A stretch of DNA of 64,000 nt from positions 14,669 to 78,668 of the forward strand of contig JAVJWO010000010.1 in assembly GCA_040222015.1 (NCBI GenBank), in the 5' to 3' direction. Source of the stretch: Coleofasciculus chthonoplastes F2-STO-03 (GTDB lineage Bacteria > Cyanobacteriota > Cyanobacteriia > Cyanobacteriales > Coleofasciculaceae). This document shows, in pieces, positions 21,001 to 31,433 of the stretch; positions within the stretch are counted from its first letter, which is position 1, and each line of letters begins with the position of its first letter. A model generated the notes under the pieces. It was not told the origin of the DNA, did not search any database, and worked only from the letters and a program-made list of their open reading frames with translations. The translations under genes and the position numbers were made by a program.

Positions 21001-22914
21001 TTAAACCCTTTTTCGCCAATATCTTAAAGTTAATTTCCTCTTTACCAAACGCCAAGTCAGTTCACACAACGTTCCTTGACCAGAAATAGACTCTCGCTTA
21101 AACTCACCCGCCAACTGTTTCGCTAAACGTCTACACTGCTTGCTTCCATGTCCTTCAGCGGATGAGCGAATACCTGCCCCATTATCTTGAATACTGAGAC
21201 TGTACCACCCGTCTTGAATTTTACCAATAACCTTAAGGCGAGTCACCCCGACGGCGTGTTTACCCACATTGCACAATCCTTCTTCCAGAAATTCACAGAG
21301 TCCTCGCTTTTGCTCAAAATTCAAGTCCTCCTCTACAATCGCCGCAAACTCTAAAACCTTAATCTTAAGGGTTTTAAATTCCGGCAAGTCTCGCTCCAGA
21401 GTATGCCGACTAACGGTATAAAAAAGTTCATTTATCGGCAATTCTAGGTCAAGGATTAAATCATTACCCAGTTGTAAGGTTTTAGTTTGATTAAACGGAT
21501 CTTGACTCAGGGAGTCCCGCTTAAGATACTCACAAACGTCCCAAATTTCCTGCTTAACCTGTTGAAGTTTTACTACCAACATTTCTGAACTCAAATCTTC
21601 GTCTTGCACCTGCTTAATCACATAAGCTAAGGTTTGCATCGGTTGATTATGAATCCGATTAAAGGTTTGCTCAATCGTGCGTTGGCGGACTTCAAGTTGA
21701 GACTTCAACGCCCGGTCATATTTATAGAACGCAAAAGCACTCATTCCCATCCCATTGAACACCAAAACTAACAAAACGGGAGCAACAGGAATCCACCAAC
21801 CCAAAAGAATAAACCCATAACTCATAGCAATAAGAATTAAGCTAGCCAAACTAACATAGCCAAGATTCTGCAACGACGATTGAGTCAGCCGCCCCAAACT
21901 CAAAGCCAAGACACCCCAACTAATAATCCAAAGATATTCCCATCTATCGGACCAAGCATTCAACAGGGGACGTCTATCTAGAACCGCACTAATAATTTGA
22001 CTAACCGTATGGGCTTGAAATTCTACCCCATAAATCTGTCCAGAGGGCTGTAAATCAGCCAAGGCTGTCGTATTCACAACATCATTCACACCAGGGGAAA
22101 TAATCCCAATTAAAACAACGCGATCGCGAATCCAATGTGCCGGAAAATTCCCCCGGTTAATATCATCCAAAGATAGGGTACGAAATCCCTCTCGACTATT
22201 GCGAAAATTCAGCAGAACCTGAACCCCACCCGCATCAGCATCAACATACCCTCCAGAATTAGGTAAAAAGCGAGGAATTTCAGTTTCACCAAACCGCATT
22301 GCATGAGGATCACGAGTGCCATTTTCCAAAGAAATACCTTCCGCCGCTAAATACATTTGGGCTAAGCGCAATGGCAAGGAAAACCTGTATCCTGGGGATG
22401 TTGGTGTTCCCAAAAGGCTGCGTCTCACCCGACCATCTGCATCGTGAATAACATCAGCAAAACCCACCTGTTCAGAGGGTAATGTGGGTGGTGCAGCAAT
22501 GGGCGGAAATAATGCTTTGTCAATGGCAATTAGGTTTTTAATATCCCTAAATGCGGTAACTAATTCATCATGACCGGGTTCAACAGGGATATCTCGAATA
22601 ATATCAATCCCGATAGCTCTAGGATTGTAAGACTGCAGTGTTCTTAATAATTTTGCTATCTCTTGATCCGGAATAGGATAAGTCCCGACTTGGCGAATAT
22701 CCGCATCATTAATGCCAATAATCACAATCCGTTCATCAATGGATTCCTGGGGACGCCAACGCAGCAAAGCATCAAGAGTTATCCATTCTAAAACTTGCAG
22801 CCAACCACTGAGGCGAGCGACAATCACCAATATCAGAATTACCAGTCCTGGTAGCGATCCCCTGCGCCAGATCACAAATTCTGCTATTATTTTCTTGCCC
22901 AAACCTTGCCGCAA
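21001..22914 (-). CDS. CHASE2-domain sensor histidine kinase
   Basis: ERIVIIGIND, AIGIDIIRD, DADGRVRR, GVEFQA, three TMs, H-box IHNQPMQTL, NVGKHA, DNGAG; TTG 22914 preferred as start because the ORF-track extension to 23055 is repeat-derived. Confidence 0.88.
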   Translation of the reverse strand: MRQGLGKKIIAEFVIWRRGSLPGLVILILVIVARLSGWLQVLEWITLDALLRWRPQESIDERIVIIGINDADIRQVGTYPIPDQEIAKLLRTLQSYNPRAIGIDIIRDIPVEPGHDELVTAFRDIKNLIAIDKALFPPIAAPPTLPSEQVGFADVIHDADGRVRRSLLGTPTSPGYRFSLPLRLAQMYLAAEGISLENGTRDPHAMRFGETEIPRFLPNSGGYVDADAGGVQVLLNFRNSREGFRTLSLDDINRGNFPAHWIRDRVVLIGIISPGVNDVVNTTALADLQPSGQIYGVEFQAHTVSQIISAVLDRRPLLNAWSDRWEYLWIISWGVLALSLGRLTQSSLQNLGYVSLASLILIAMSYGFILLGWWIPVAPVLLVLVFNGMGMSAFAFYKYDRALKSQLEVRQRTIEQTFNRIHNQPMQTLAYVIKQVQDEDLSSEMLVVKLQQVKQEIWDVCEYLKRDSLSQDPFNQTKTLQLGNDLILDLELPINELFYTVSRHTLERDLPEFKTLKIKVLEFAAIVEEDLNFEQKRGLCEFLEEGLCNVGKHAVGVTRLKVIGKIQDGWYSLSIQDNGAGIRSSAEGHGSKQCRRLAKQLAGEFKRESISGQGTLCELTWRLVKRKLTLRYWRKRV

Positions 22915-23051
22915 CTGTTCCTTCCTTGACTTATCCCATTTTCCTTGATTTATGTAGAGACGTTGCATGAAACGTCTGGAACAATCTGGACATAACAGGG
23001 TTATGTATGCCGGATTTGGTATGACCAATGACCAATAACCAATGACATCCA

Positions 23052-23723
23052 TCAATCGATAAACCCTTCCTCTCTAGCGCGTCTTTCCGTTTGAATTCGC
23101 ATATTTTTACCCGGTTCCGGATAAACATTCAGAACATCTTGGATTTTAGTCCAATAGTGACGCACCGTTCGTTCAGATACCTCCATTTTTTCGGCAACAG
23201 CCTTATCTTGCAATCCTTCCTGAAAGGCTAGATCAATAACCTGTAGCCACTCAGATTTGAATTCTCCAGGTGGCAGCTTCAGGTCTTTGGTATGGGTAAT
23301 TCCTTGTAGTGCCAACTCAATCCGGTTTAACATATCTTGACTGAAAAGAGCTTTATCCGCTAAAGTAAAACCACCCTGATGACGATCAATATCTGGTTTA
23401 ATTCGCACGAGTGCCTTAATGTAACTGCTTTGCACAAAAATATTCAGAGTCGGATAGTTTTCCATCAAGGTTCGCAGCAGTTGGATGCCTGTATCAACAC
23501 GGGCTACCTCCCCATCTGTTTCCGGGATGGAAAGATCTATGGCGACTAAATCAGGTTGAACCCTTGCAACTTGTTCCAGAGTCATTTTTGCCGTTGTCAT
23601 CTGGAAAAGTTTTGCCTCTGGATATTGCTGTTGTAGATATTCACTGGTTTTCTCCAAAATTAATCCATGATCATCTACGATAACAATTTTCAGCGGTGTT
23701 GGCTCTGATGAATCTTTACTCAT
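23052..23723 (-). CDS. NarL/LuxR-type two-component response regulator
   Basis: IVDDH, IDLSIP receiver; GLQDKAVAEKMEVSERTVRHYW HTH. Confidence 0.92.
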   Translation of the reverse strand: MSKDSSEPTPLKIVIVDDHGLILEKTSEYLQQQYPEAKLFQMTTAKMTLEQVARVQPDLVAIDLSIPETDGEVARVDTGIQLLRTLMENYPTLNIFVQSSYIKALVRIKPDIDRHQGGFTLADKALFSQDMLNRIELALQGITHTKDLKLPPGEFKSEWLQVIDLAFQEGLQDKAVAEKMEVSERTVRHYWTKIQDVLNVYPEPGKNMRIQTERRAREEGFID

Positions 23724-24066
23724 CGTAGTTTCCTGTAACTCTCATAAAAAATAAGTAGGTTGGTGGAAATAAAATTAACCATATTACAGCGCTTTTAATG
23801 TTTATAGAATACAAAATTGTATAGGTTTGCTTTTCAGCGCAATCATCGTCTGTAGTCTGCTAACTTGAAAACTGCTGTAAGTTATATTAACCTCGAAAGT
23901 CCTAATCGATGTGTCTACTGCTATAAATGGAATGTCACGGACTTAAAGCTGGTGGCTCCTGGCGAAGTCGAAACCCACCCTACTGGTTACTGGTTACTGA
24001 TATCAGCAGGAAATTGAGTGGGAGCATGAAGCGTGAACCCAGAAAATGTTCAAGCGACAAGCTAAC

Positions 24067-24093
24067 AAAAAAATGGGGCGGTAGCCCACCCCA
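24067..24093 (-). terminator. Rho-independent terminator
   Basis: Minus strand TGGGGTGG-GCTA-CCGCCCCA-TTTTTTT after 24122-24961 gene. Confidence 0.75.
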
Positions 24094-24121
24094 CAGATAT
24101 CAATGATTGCTCACTGAACGT

Positions 24122-24961
24122 TTAAGCTGGATCAGAAATAGTTAAATCCTTTGCCACAATACCAGGGAAGGTTTTATTAATGTTTTGATCAACGTTGCGG
24201 AAGCCAACGGAGTCATCCGACTTACGGAAGTAAATTCCCCCTTCTGATTGAGGATCACCGACTAACTGCACCCGATTGTCTAGATCATTATAAATATCCC
24301 AACGGGTGTAAGGAGCGGGTGCCCAACGCGCCCAACGTCCATCCGTGGTAATTGCCCACAATCGTCCGTTTTTACCGACAGCAATCTGCTTAGCGGTAAT
24401 ACCAGGGAAGGTTTTATTAATGTTTTGATCAACATTGCGGAAGCCAACGGAGTCATCCGACTTACGGAAGTAAATTCCCCCTTCTGATTGAGGATCACCG
24501 ACTAACTGCACCCGATTGTCTAGATCATTATAAACATCCCAACGGGTGTAAGGAGCGGGTGCCCAACGCGCCCAACGTCCATCCGTGGTAATTGCCCACA
24601 GTCGCCCATTTTTACCGACAGCAATCTGCTTAGCAGTAATACCGGGGAAGGTTTTATTAATGTTTTGATCAACATTACGATAGCCGACACTTCCATCTGA
24701 CTTGAGGAAGTAAACGGCACTCTTTGTCGTGGGATCAGCAACGAGTTGAACCCGATTGTTCAAATCATTATAAACATCCCAACGTGTATAAGGAGCGGGT
24801 GCCCAACGCGCCCAAGACGAGCTTTGAATTGCCCAAGGACTTGATGTATCTTGATTCGCCCATGCGGGTTGGTTTGGCAGTAAACAAACCGTAGAAAAAA
24901 CCGTCAGCAACACGATCAGAATCGTTGCCAACCGTTTGAATCGGCTGAAAAACTGGGTCAT
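24122..24961 (-). CDS. Secreted three-repeat, tectonin-like beta-propeller protein
   Basis: Signal peptide (..PAWA) then three 80-aa (240-bp) near-identical repeats with KQIAVGKNGRLWAI. Confidence 0.75.
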   Translation of the reverse strand: MTQFFSRFKRLATILIVLLTVFSTVCLLPNQPAWANQDTSSPWAIQSSSWARWAPAPYTRWDVYNDLNNRVQLVADPTTKSAVYFLKSDGSVGYRNVDQNINKTFPGITAKQIAVGKNGRLWAITTDGRWARWAPAPYTRWDVYNDLDNRVQLVGDPQSEGGIYFRKSDDSVGFRNVDQNINKTFPGITAKQIAVGKNGRLWAITTDGRWARWAPAPYTRWDIYNDLDNRVQLVGDPQSEGGIYFRKSDDSVGFRNVDQNINKTFPGIVAKDLTISDPA

Positions 24962-25118
24962 GGTTATCCGTTTTATCCTTAAATTGATTTTTGGCGCTTC
25001 ATCCTGCGATCGCAGTGATTAAACTTACCGCTTCAGATCTTATGGCTTTACCCGAACAACTGTCAAGTTTGTTACAAAAAATTACCAGATAAGTGATAAC
25101 GAAAAATTGGCAACTAAA

Positions 25119-25365
25119 CTAAGCATTTATACTTAACAGTGTTGCTGATTCATACTCTCTATCTTCATATCGCTGAAGTAAGTTCTCTTCAATTCTCAGT
25201 CGTTGAGCAAGTTCTTTCTGGCTAATTTTAGCCGCAATACGAGATTGAATCAAAAGGCGGGGAAGTTGAGAAAGAGAACCGATTTCAAAAATGATTGGTT
25301 CGCTCTCATCCCGATTAATTAGAGATTCATACTCCTGAATCTGGGCAGTAAAGTCATCGATCATA
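25119..25365 (-). pseudogene. XRE-family HTH regulator fragment
   Basis: LIQSRIAAKISQKELAQRL..LQRYEDREYESATL; stops right after the HTH, 5' end abuts STRR. Confidence 0.6.
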
Positions 25366-25412
25366 CTAATGACAAATGACAAATGACAAATGACATAAGA
25401 CCAATGACCAAA

Positions 25413-28400
25413 TCAAGCAACATTAGCAGGCTCGACTTGCGCCAAAAACTGGAACGCCTTAGCAACATAAGCCGCACATTGTTTAGGTGATGTATCATAA
25501 AAAGCCCGCCAAGCGGCTGCCTTATATTCGTCATACTTATCGGCTCGTTCGGGATATCGCTCCAACCAGCCTAAACGTACCGCATGACCAATTAACACAT
25601 CCAGAACAATGTATTCTTCAATTTCCAACTCTGGATTCCGTTCCAATATCGCGGCTAATTCCACAAGTGCCTCAATATTCACCTGTCGATAGGTTGGCAC
25701 TTGAATTTTATTGAGTAAATGCTCAACCCGCAGAGCAAAATTCTTTTCCCCAGGTGTCATTTCTGAGAGCAGCGGTTGACTATCCAGTCGATTGCGACGC
25801 TCTAATTTATCGCCAATCACCAAACCCTTACAATGTTTCATCACTTGCCAGACTTTCGGGTAAAAGTCTTTCGGAACCCGACCTGCACTACCATCCATTT
25901 GCCGTTTTCTCAGCCAATTTCCCGCCGTGGTTAGGTCTTCGTCGATATAGATTTGCTCCTCTGGCAATATCACCCAATTAATCGCATATTGCGGTTGTTT
26001 AACATGCAGCGATTCTTGTTGGCGTAATTTTTGGTTAACGCCTTCATACCCTGCCAAACAGGAACGCAGTCGCATTTTAATGTCAAAGGGACTTAAGCGC
26101 ATCAATGCTTCATAAGCTTCATCCTGGGTCACGCCTAATTCAGCCGCTAATTCACTCGTCAACAGCAGGATTAAATACCCAACTCGCAGTGTGAGTAAGC
26201 CATCAACCAGATGCGGTTCGGATTTAATCAGAATACTCAAGTAAATCAGGATTTCCTGAGTTAAAACGCGATCGCGGATATCTTCTCGGCAAAATTCGTC
26301 AATCTTTGCCCGGAGTTCCAGATGAGACATTGGGTTTTTAATCAGAGAAGCCTCACTGTAAGCTTTCCCAACCGTTATCTGTTTCCCGCGCACCAAAATA
26401 TCCGTTACCGCATCGGACAAACTAATTTCGACTTTATTCAGTAACCCCGCCGCTTGACGAATCACACCCCAGTAGGGAGATGCTCCTTCACTACTGGCTC
26501 TGGTATACACTTCATTCAGCAAATCCGCCACCGTCACCACTCGTTGAGGTTGACCAAATCCTGTATCAAAATCCAGCCCCCGCAAGTTTTTCAGAGTGCG
26601 TAATAATTCAATTTGCTCATAAAAATTTTCTGAATGCCGCAAACTATCGAGCAAGGGTTGGAGATTCGTTTCGCATTCCAGCAAGAATTCCTGCGTATGA
26701 CTTAACGGACCATTTTTTCGCGGATGATTCCTCAAATAATAATCAGGAGGAGCCGCATCTTGAACCGCAGAGTCGCTAAACTCAAACCCTTGCAGCGTAT
26801 CAATGCGTTCAACGCCTGCTGTGAGCATTAACTGATTTAAACGCCCTAACTTGACCCGCACCCCATTACAGAATCCCTCTTGCAATTCTTGGATTAATTC
26901 CAGTAACGCAGAACCCTGAAGTTGCTCTTGTCCCGGATGACTGGTTTCTTCTGCCGTCTGCACCATCTGATGCGTTAATAACAATGTCACCGTTGGACGT
27001 CCCAACTCACCCCAATGGCGTTGAATATACGTCAGTTCACTTTTAATTTGAGCCACCAGAAAATGATAATCCAAGGTCAAATAAAACTGTTGCTGGTCTA
27101 AAAACGCCGGCAAAAACACAATCGTTTCTTTCCCGAAGCGAAAAATACGGGATGTAGTCAAACTTCGCAGGCGTCGAATCGGGCGTCCGGTTAATCCTAA
27201 GGCGTCACACCGTCCAATTTGGGCATACAATCGGGATAGATCCGTTGCCTGACGTACTTGCACCGGATCAACTTGTTTCGGCGTCTGGGTGGCAATCCCA
27301 TAAGCAGCCAGTTGCGCCTGTAATGCTTCATCCTCTGCCAACAGCGCAATTTGTACCACCGGATCTTGGTGACGCCCTACGCAAAAATGACGCCCTAAGG
27401 GGTCAACATCTCCCCGCGTAATTAATTCCTCATGAAGGAGTTGGGCAAACAGATATAAACTCTGCGCCCAGACGAGGGGCAAATTTTCATTGGGTTTGCG
27501 ATTCTGGGAACGGGGAGAAGCGCGTTCGGCTTCAATTTTGTCCTCGGGAACGTAATACACTTCCGGTAATAAGCGCATCCCATCTCGCTCAACCAGCAAT
27601 GTATCCAAACGCCCCAGATAATTCCGCGCCCGTTCAACGTCTCCCCGAAACCAACCATCCAGGGCTAAGTAGGTAAAAAATAGGGGCCACTCGCATTCAA
27701 TATGTTCAAATTGTTGCAGTTCCCAGGGTTCATAATGCAAGCGGGTGGTATCTTCGAGTACTGTTTGATGTCCATCGCGCAGGAACCGCTTACACCCGTA
27801 GAGTCCTTGTAGTTTATCGACAATCTTTTGACGAGTTCTCTCCAGCAGTTCCACGTCTTCAATGGCAAATGCCGGGAACCCGATCACACTTAACAGCGCC
27901 GCATCAGTTTCTTTGGAACTCGATTCCCGTGGTAATAGGGATTCTAACGTAATCCGCGATCGCGCAATTTCATCGGGGAGAACATGAATGACGGAGGCTT
28001 GAGATCCCCGCACACCAAATAAATCTAGCCCGTTAATCGCCTCTAATGCGGCTTTTGCCATGCCTACGGAACTGGCGTTAAGTTCCGGATTACCGCGATT
28101 AACTTTATTTCCCCGTTCCCAAATGCCGTAATCGGGTGTTCGATAGGTACGACCAATGTAATACACCAGATTCTGGATGAAATGCACTTCAGCAATGGTG
28201 TAAACAATGTGTAACCCTGATGCGGTCATCTGAGCCAGCATTAACAGGAATAGGGAGGTGGCATCAAGCTGCAAATGACCCCACTCATCATCCCCCACGA
28301 CTACATCACCAGTGCTGGTATTATACTTGGCGTGTAGGGCATCCAGCAGAGATTGGTTGTCTTTGAACCGTTCCACTTTGGCGGCTTGCCGCATCATACA

Positions 28401-28679
28401 AAACAGCAGTCCCCGCATGAGTTTGACCACACTTTGTTCGAGTTCAAAGGTGCGCCCACTATCAGCGTCAAGTTTGCGGTACGCTAAGGCTAATCCCCAA
28501 ACTGCCAAAATGCTGTAAACGTTATCCCTAACCCAGGCATCGGTGTAGTCACCATGGGCATTGACGGCTGTACTGGCGGGTAATAATCCTGTAATTGGAT
28601 TTTGGCGATCGAGAATAATCCGAATCTGCTGGTAATAATCGTTGAGTCGAGCGGGCAGTTGAGTGGCGGTGATAGACAT
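25413..28679 (-). CDS. Glycoside hydrolase family 15 / phosphorylase kinase alpha-beta-like protein
   Basis: DAWVRDNVY, WGHLQLDATSLF, DYGIWERG, YGCKRFLRDG, IECEWPLF, WAQSLY, EMTPGEKNFAL. Confidence 0.9.
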   Translation of the reverse strand: MSITATQLPARLNDYYQQIRIILDRQNPITGLLPASTAVNAHGDYTDAWVRDNVYSILAVWGLALAYRKLDADSGRTFELEQSVVKLMRGLLFCMMRQAAKVERFKDNQSLLDALHAKYNTSTGDVVVGDDEWGHLQLDATSLFLLMLAQMTASGLHIVYTIAEVHFIQNLVYYIGRTYRTPDYGIWERGNKVNRGNPELNASSVGMAKAALEAINGLDLFGVRGSQASVIHVLPDEIARSRITLESLLPRESSSKETDAALLSVIGFPAFAIEDVELLERTRQKIVDKLQGLYGCKRFLRDGHQTVLEDTTRLHYEPWELQQFEHIECEWPLFFTYLALDGWFRGDVERARNYLGRLDTLLVERDGMRLLPEVYYVPEDKIEAERASPRSQNRKPNENLPLVWAQSLYLFAQLLHEELITRGDVDPLGRHFCVGRHQDPVVQIALLAEDEALQAQLAAYGIATQTPKQVDPVQVRQATDLSRLYAQIGRCDALGLTGRPIRRLRSLTTSRIFRFGKETIVFLPAFLDQQQFYLTLDYHFLVAQIKSELTYIQRHWGELGRPTVTLLLTHQMVQTAEETSHPGQEQLQGSALLELIQELQEGFCNGVRVKLGRLNQLMLTAGVERIDTLQGFEFSDSAVQDAAPPDYYLRNHPRKNGPLSHTQEFLLECETNLQPLLDSLRHSENFYEQIELLRTLKNLRGLDFDTGFGQPQRVVTVADLLNEVYTRASSEGASPYWGVIRQAAGLLNKVEISLSDAVTDILVRGKQITVGKAYSEASLIKNPMSHLELRAKIDEFCREDIRDRVLTQEILIYLSILIKSEPHLVDGLLTLRVGYLILLLTSELAAELGVTQDEAYEALMRLSPFDIKMRLRSCLAGYEGVNQKLRQQESLHVKQPQYAINWVILPEEQIYIDEDLTTAGNWLRKRQMDGSAGRVPKDFYPKVWQVMKHCKGLVIGDKLERRNRLDSQPLLSEMTPGEKNFALRVEHLLNKIQVPTYRQVNIEALVELAAILERNPELEIEEYIVLDVLIGHAVRLGWLERYPERADKYDEYKAAAWRAFYDTSPKQCAAYVAKAFQFLAQVEPANVA

Positions 28680-28823
28680 CCCTTAATCAAACTTGATATA
28701 AAATTTATTTTTCCGGGGTCGTTCGTTAAAGCTAATGAGTAATTTTTCTTAGCATTCCGAACCTAATATTCACCTAATCTTTCCGTCACCTTGACCCAAT
28801 TCTTGTCGTTTTGGCAACAATTC

Positions 28824-28841
28824 GTTACATTAATTTACATA
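28824..28841 (+). promoter_or_regulatory. HLR1 (RpaB-binding) direct repeat
   Basis: GTTACATT-AA-TTTACATA fits (G/T)TTACA(T/A)(T/A)-N2 repeat, just upstream of hli. Confidence 0.85.
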
Positions 28842-28863
28842 ATGCAATTAAAACAACGAACTT

Positions 28864-29016
28864 ATGAACGAGCAACAGCAAAAAGAAGCGAAATTTGGGT
28901 TCACGGCGAACGCTGAGAATTGGAATGGTCGTTTAGCAATGATTGGTTTTGTTGCCGCGTTGATTACGGAATATGTTTCCGGTCAAGGCGTGTTACATTT
29001 CTGGGGACTTCTGTAA
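28864..29016 (+). CDS. hli: High-light-inducible protein (chlorophyll a/b-binding-like), 50 aa
   Basis: Below ORF-track cutoff; [50 protein letters not shown]. Confidence 0.95.
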   Translation: MNEQQQKEAKFGFTANAENWNGRLAMIGFVAALITEYVSGQGVLHFWGLL

Positions 29017-29037
29017 TACGGCAATGGGGAAAGTAAT

Positions 29038-29070
29038 AGCTGGGTGTTCAATCCGATGAACCCCAGCTTT
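29038..29070. terminator. Hairpin between convergent hli and sigA
   Basis: AGCTGGGTGTTCA-N6-TGAACCCCAGCT then T residues. Confidence 0.6.
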
Positions 29071-29087
29071 CTGGTATTGTCCTAGTC

Positions 29088-30227
29088 CTAGCGGATATAT
29101 TCCTTGAGAATGCTGTTGCGATTGGGATGGCGCAGTTTACGCAGGGCTTTTGCCTCGATTTGGCGAATGCGTTCGCGGGTCACGGCAAAGATTTGACCGA
29201 TTTCTTCTAGGGTTTTCATCCGTCCATCATCTAACCCATAGCGCAACCGAAGAACGTCTCGTTCGCGGGGGCTTAAGGTATCCAGGACACTTTCTAAGTC
29301 TTCCCGCAGCAGATTTTTGGATACTTGGTCTTCTGGCGTTTCACCATCGGCTTCGATGAAGTCACCCAGGCGAGAGTCTTCTTCTTTACCAATTGGTGTT
29401 TCCAGGGAGATGGGAAGTTGGGCAGATTTGGCAATAAATCGCAGCTTCTCGATGGTCATTTCCATGCGATCGGCAATTTCTTCTTCGGTGGGTTTGCGAC
29501 CCAATTCTTGAGAGAGGATTTTGGTGGTCTTTTTGATCCGGGAGATGGTTTCGTAGAGGTGAACGGGGAGGCGAATGGTACGGGATTGATCCGCGATCGC
29601 ACGAGTGATGGCTTGTCGAATCCACCATGTCGCGTAGGTGGAGAATTTGTATCCTTTCTCGTGGTCGAACTTTTCCGCCGCCCGGATCAGTCCTAAAGAC
29701 CCTTCTTGAATCAGGTCTTGAAACGACAGACCCCGATTCATGTATTTCTTGGCAATGGACACAACGAGACGCAGGTTAGACTGCACCATTTTCTCTTTTG
29801 CCCGCCGACCCAGGAAAAGGCGTTGGCGAAAGGCGGGAAGTTCCATGTTGACTGAACTAGCCCATTCTCCTTCCTTCGGTTCTCGCTCGAGCTGATCATA
29901 CAAGCGATCGCGAATCCGTTCTAATTCCAATAAGTCAGCAATTTTACGCGCCAGTTCAATTTCTTCATCAGCCCGTAATAGCTTAATTCGACCAATTTCT
30001 TGTAAGTAGAGGCGAATGGAATCTTCGGTATAGTGCTTCTTTTTCGCTTGTGGGCGACGGCGGGTAGAACGCACCTTACCAGGCTTACCATCTGCCTCCG
30101 GTTCGCGTTGAACGGCTTCCGAGTTCCCGTCCGCCATATCATCTTGATTGGCGTCATCCTCCAGCAAGAATTCAAACTCGCTTTGAGGCTGAGAAATTGT
30201 TGCAAGTACGTCGTGTGCCTGGGTCAT
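29088..30227 (-). CDS. sigA: Principal RNA polymerase sigma factor
   Basis: [57 protein letters not shown]. Confidence 0.96.
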   Translation of the reverse strand: MTQAHDVLATISQPQSEFEFLLEDDANQDDMADGNSEAVQREPEADGKPGKVRSTRRRPQAKKKHYTEDSIRLYLQEIGRIKLLRADEEIELARKIADLLELERIRDRLYDQLEREPKEGEWASSVNMELPAFRQRLFLGRRAKEKMVQSNLRLVVSIAKKYMNRGLSFQDLIQEGSLGLIRAAEKFDHEKGYKFSTYATWWIRQAITRAIADQSRTIRLPVHLYETISRIKKTTKILSQELGRKPTEEEIADRMEMTIEKLRFIAKSAQLPISLETPIGKEEDSRLGDFIEADGETPEDQVSKNLLREDLESVLDTLSPRERDVLRLRYGLDDGRMKTLEEIGQIFAVTRERIRQIEAKALRKLRHPNRNSILKEYIR

Positions 30228-31106
30228 GCCTTTTTCCTCATGCTCCTTCAGTTAAAGACCAGTAGATGTCTAATAATCTACTTAAAAGTTTAGCCAGCGA
30301 TTTCATCTTACTTTTGCATTCTAATCGGTTATTGAATTGTTGAGCCTGAGAAACTCAGATGAAATTTATTCCTCTTAACTCAATAGGGATATGAATGCCA
30401 GGTAAAGTAATTTTTCATCCTGGCGGCTGTTGAGACTTTTCAATTCTAGCTTTAATTCAAAAAACTTGTTCGCGCTTTTGGGCAACTTAGATTGGCTGAG
30501 AATCTTCAGCGGTTAAGAGCTTTTGTGCGAAATCGAAATGAATATTTGCCTAAAGAATGAAACCATTATAGATTGTCTTTCCTCGATTTGCATGCCTAGA
30601 TGAATTGAGGGACTAAGTCTAACTTGATGGAAGTACGCGAATAGAGTCGTAAGCTTTACTATTACGCTGGGGAAAGCCATCGAAACTGAATCCGTTTGCT
30701 TGATGTCTCTCGGTTCTGTCAATCCTTCTTTAATTTAATCTGGGACTCGACTGGTTCGTCCCCGACAAATCGCTGAAATGTGATCAGCCATTTTAATGAA
30801 GTTAGCTGACACTTCAAGAGCCTTAGTTTCTCTAGAGTTCATGAAACACCCTGTTTTAGTACAAATGTTCTGTTTTAAGAGGATTCTTCTTCTTTGACTA
30901 CGTTAGCGAAGTTCAGCGTACATGCAACAAATTTTTTGAGGGTAGAGGTAATGCATAAGTCACGAAGGCTCGATGGTGTGTAAAACATTTGTTTTAGCAC
31001 ACAATAGGAGTAGTTGTGTTTAAAATCTGAATAAAATTCGCCGAGATGGTTACAATACGTAACGCTTGTGTCATCTTGTGTAAACTGGCAGTCGGAGATG
31101 GAGATA

Positions 31107-31224
31107 AGGCAGTGGTTCGACAGGCTCACCAACCAGGCAGTGGTTCGACAGGCTCACCAACCAGGCAGTGGTTCGACAGGCTCACCAACCAGGCAGTGGT
31201 TCGACAGGCTCACCAACCAGGCAG
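31107..31224. repeat. Four perfect 28-bp tandem repeats AGGCAGTGGTTCGACAGGCTCACCAACC
   Basis: Head-to-tail copies plus 6 bp, no spacers. Confidence 0.95.
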
Positions 31225-31433
31225 AAGGTCAAGATCAAGGTCGCAAGGCAAGGCAAGGTAAAAGAAAATGATGAGTGTTTAGACAAACAAGAGATCAGAA
31301 GCCACTGCGCCTCTACATCCCTGGTTCTTTCCCCTAACATTTAACTCCATATATAGTTGCAATAATCCCAGTTTTCGGCTTATGGTACTCTACCGATAGC
31401 GTTAACGCTAACTTAGTTCACAGCAAGAATGCC

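Noticed and set aside
22915..23055. N-terminal extension of the CHASE2 kinase in the ORF track
   Set aside because: Contains STRR and GTAGAGACG repeat sequence; a downstream TTG with a purine-rich leader is more plausible
31107..31224. CRISPR array or tRNA (28-bp repeats containing GGTTCGA)
   Set aside because: Units are head-to-tail with no spacers, no cas genes in the window, no cloverleaf
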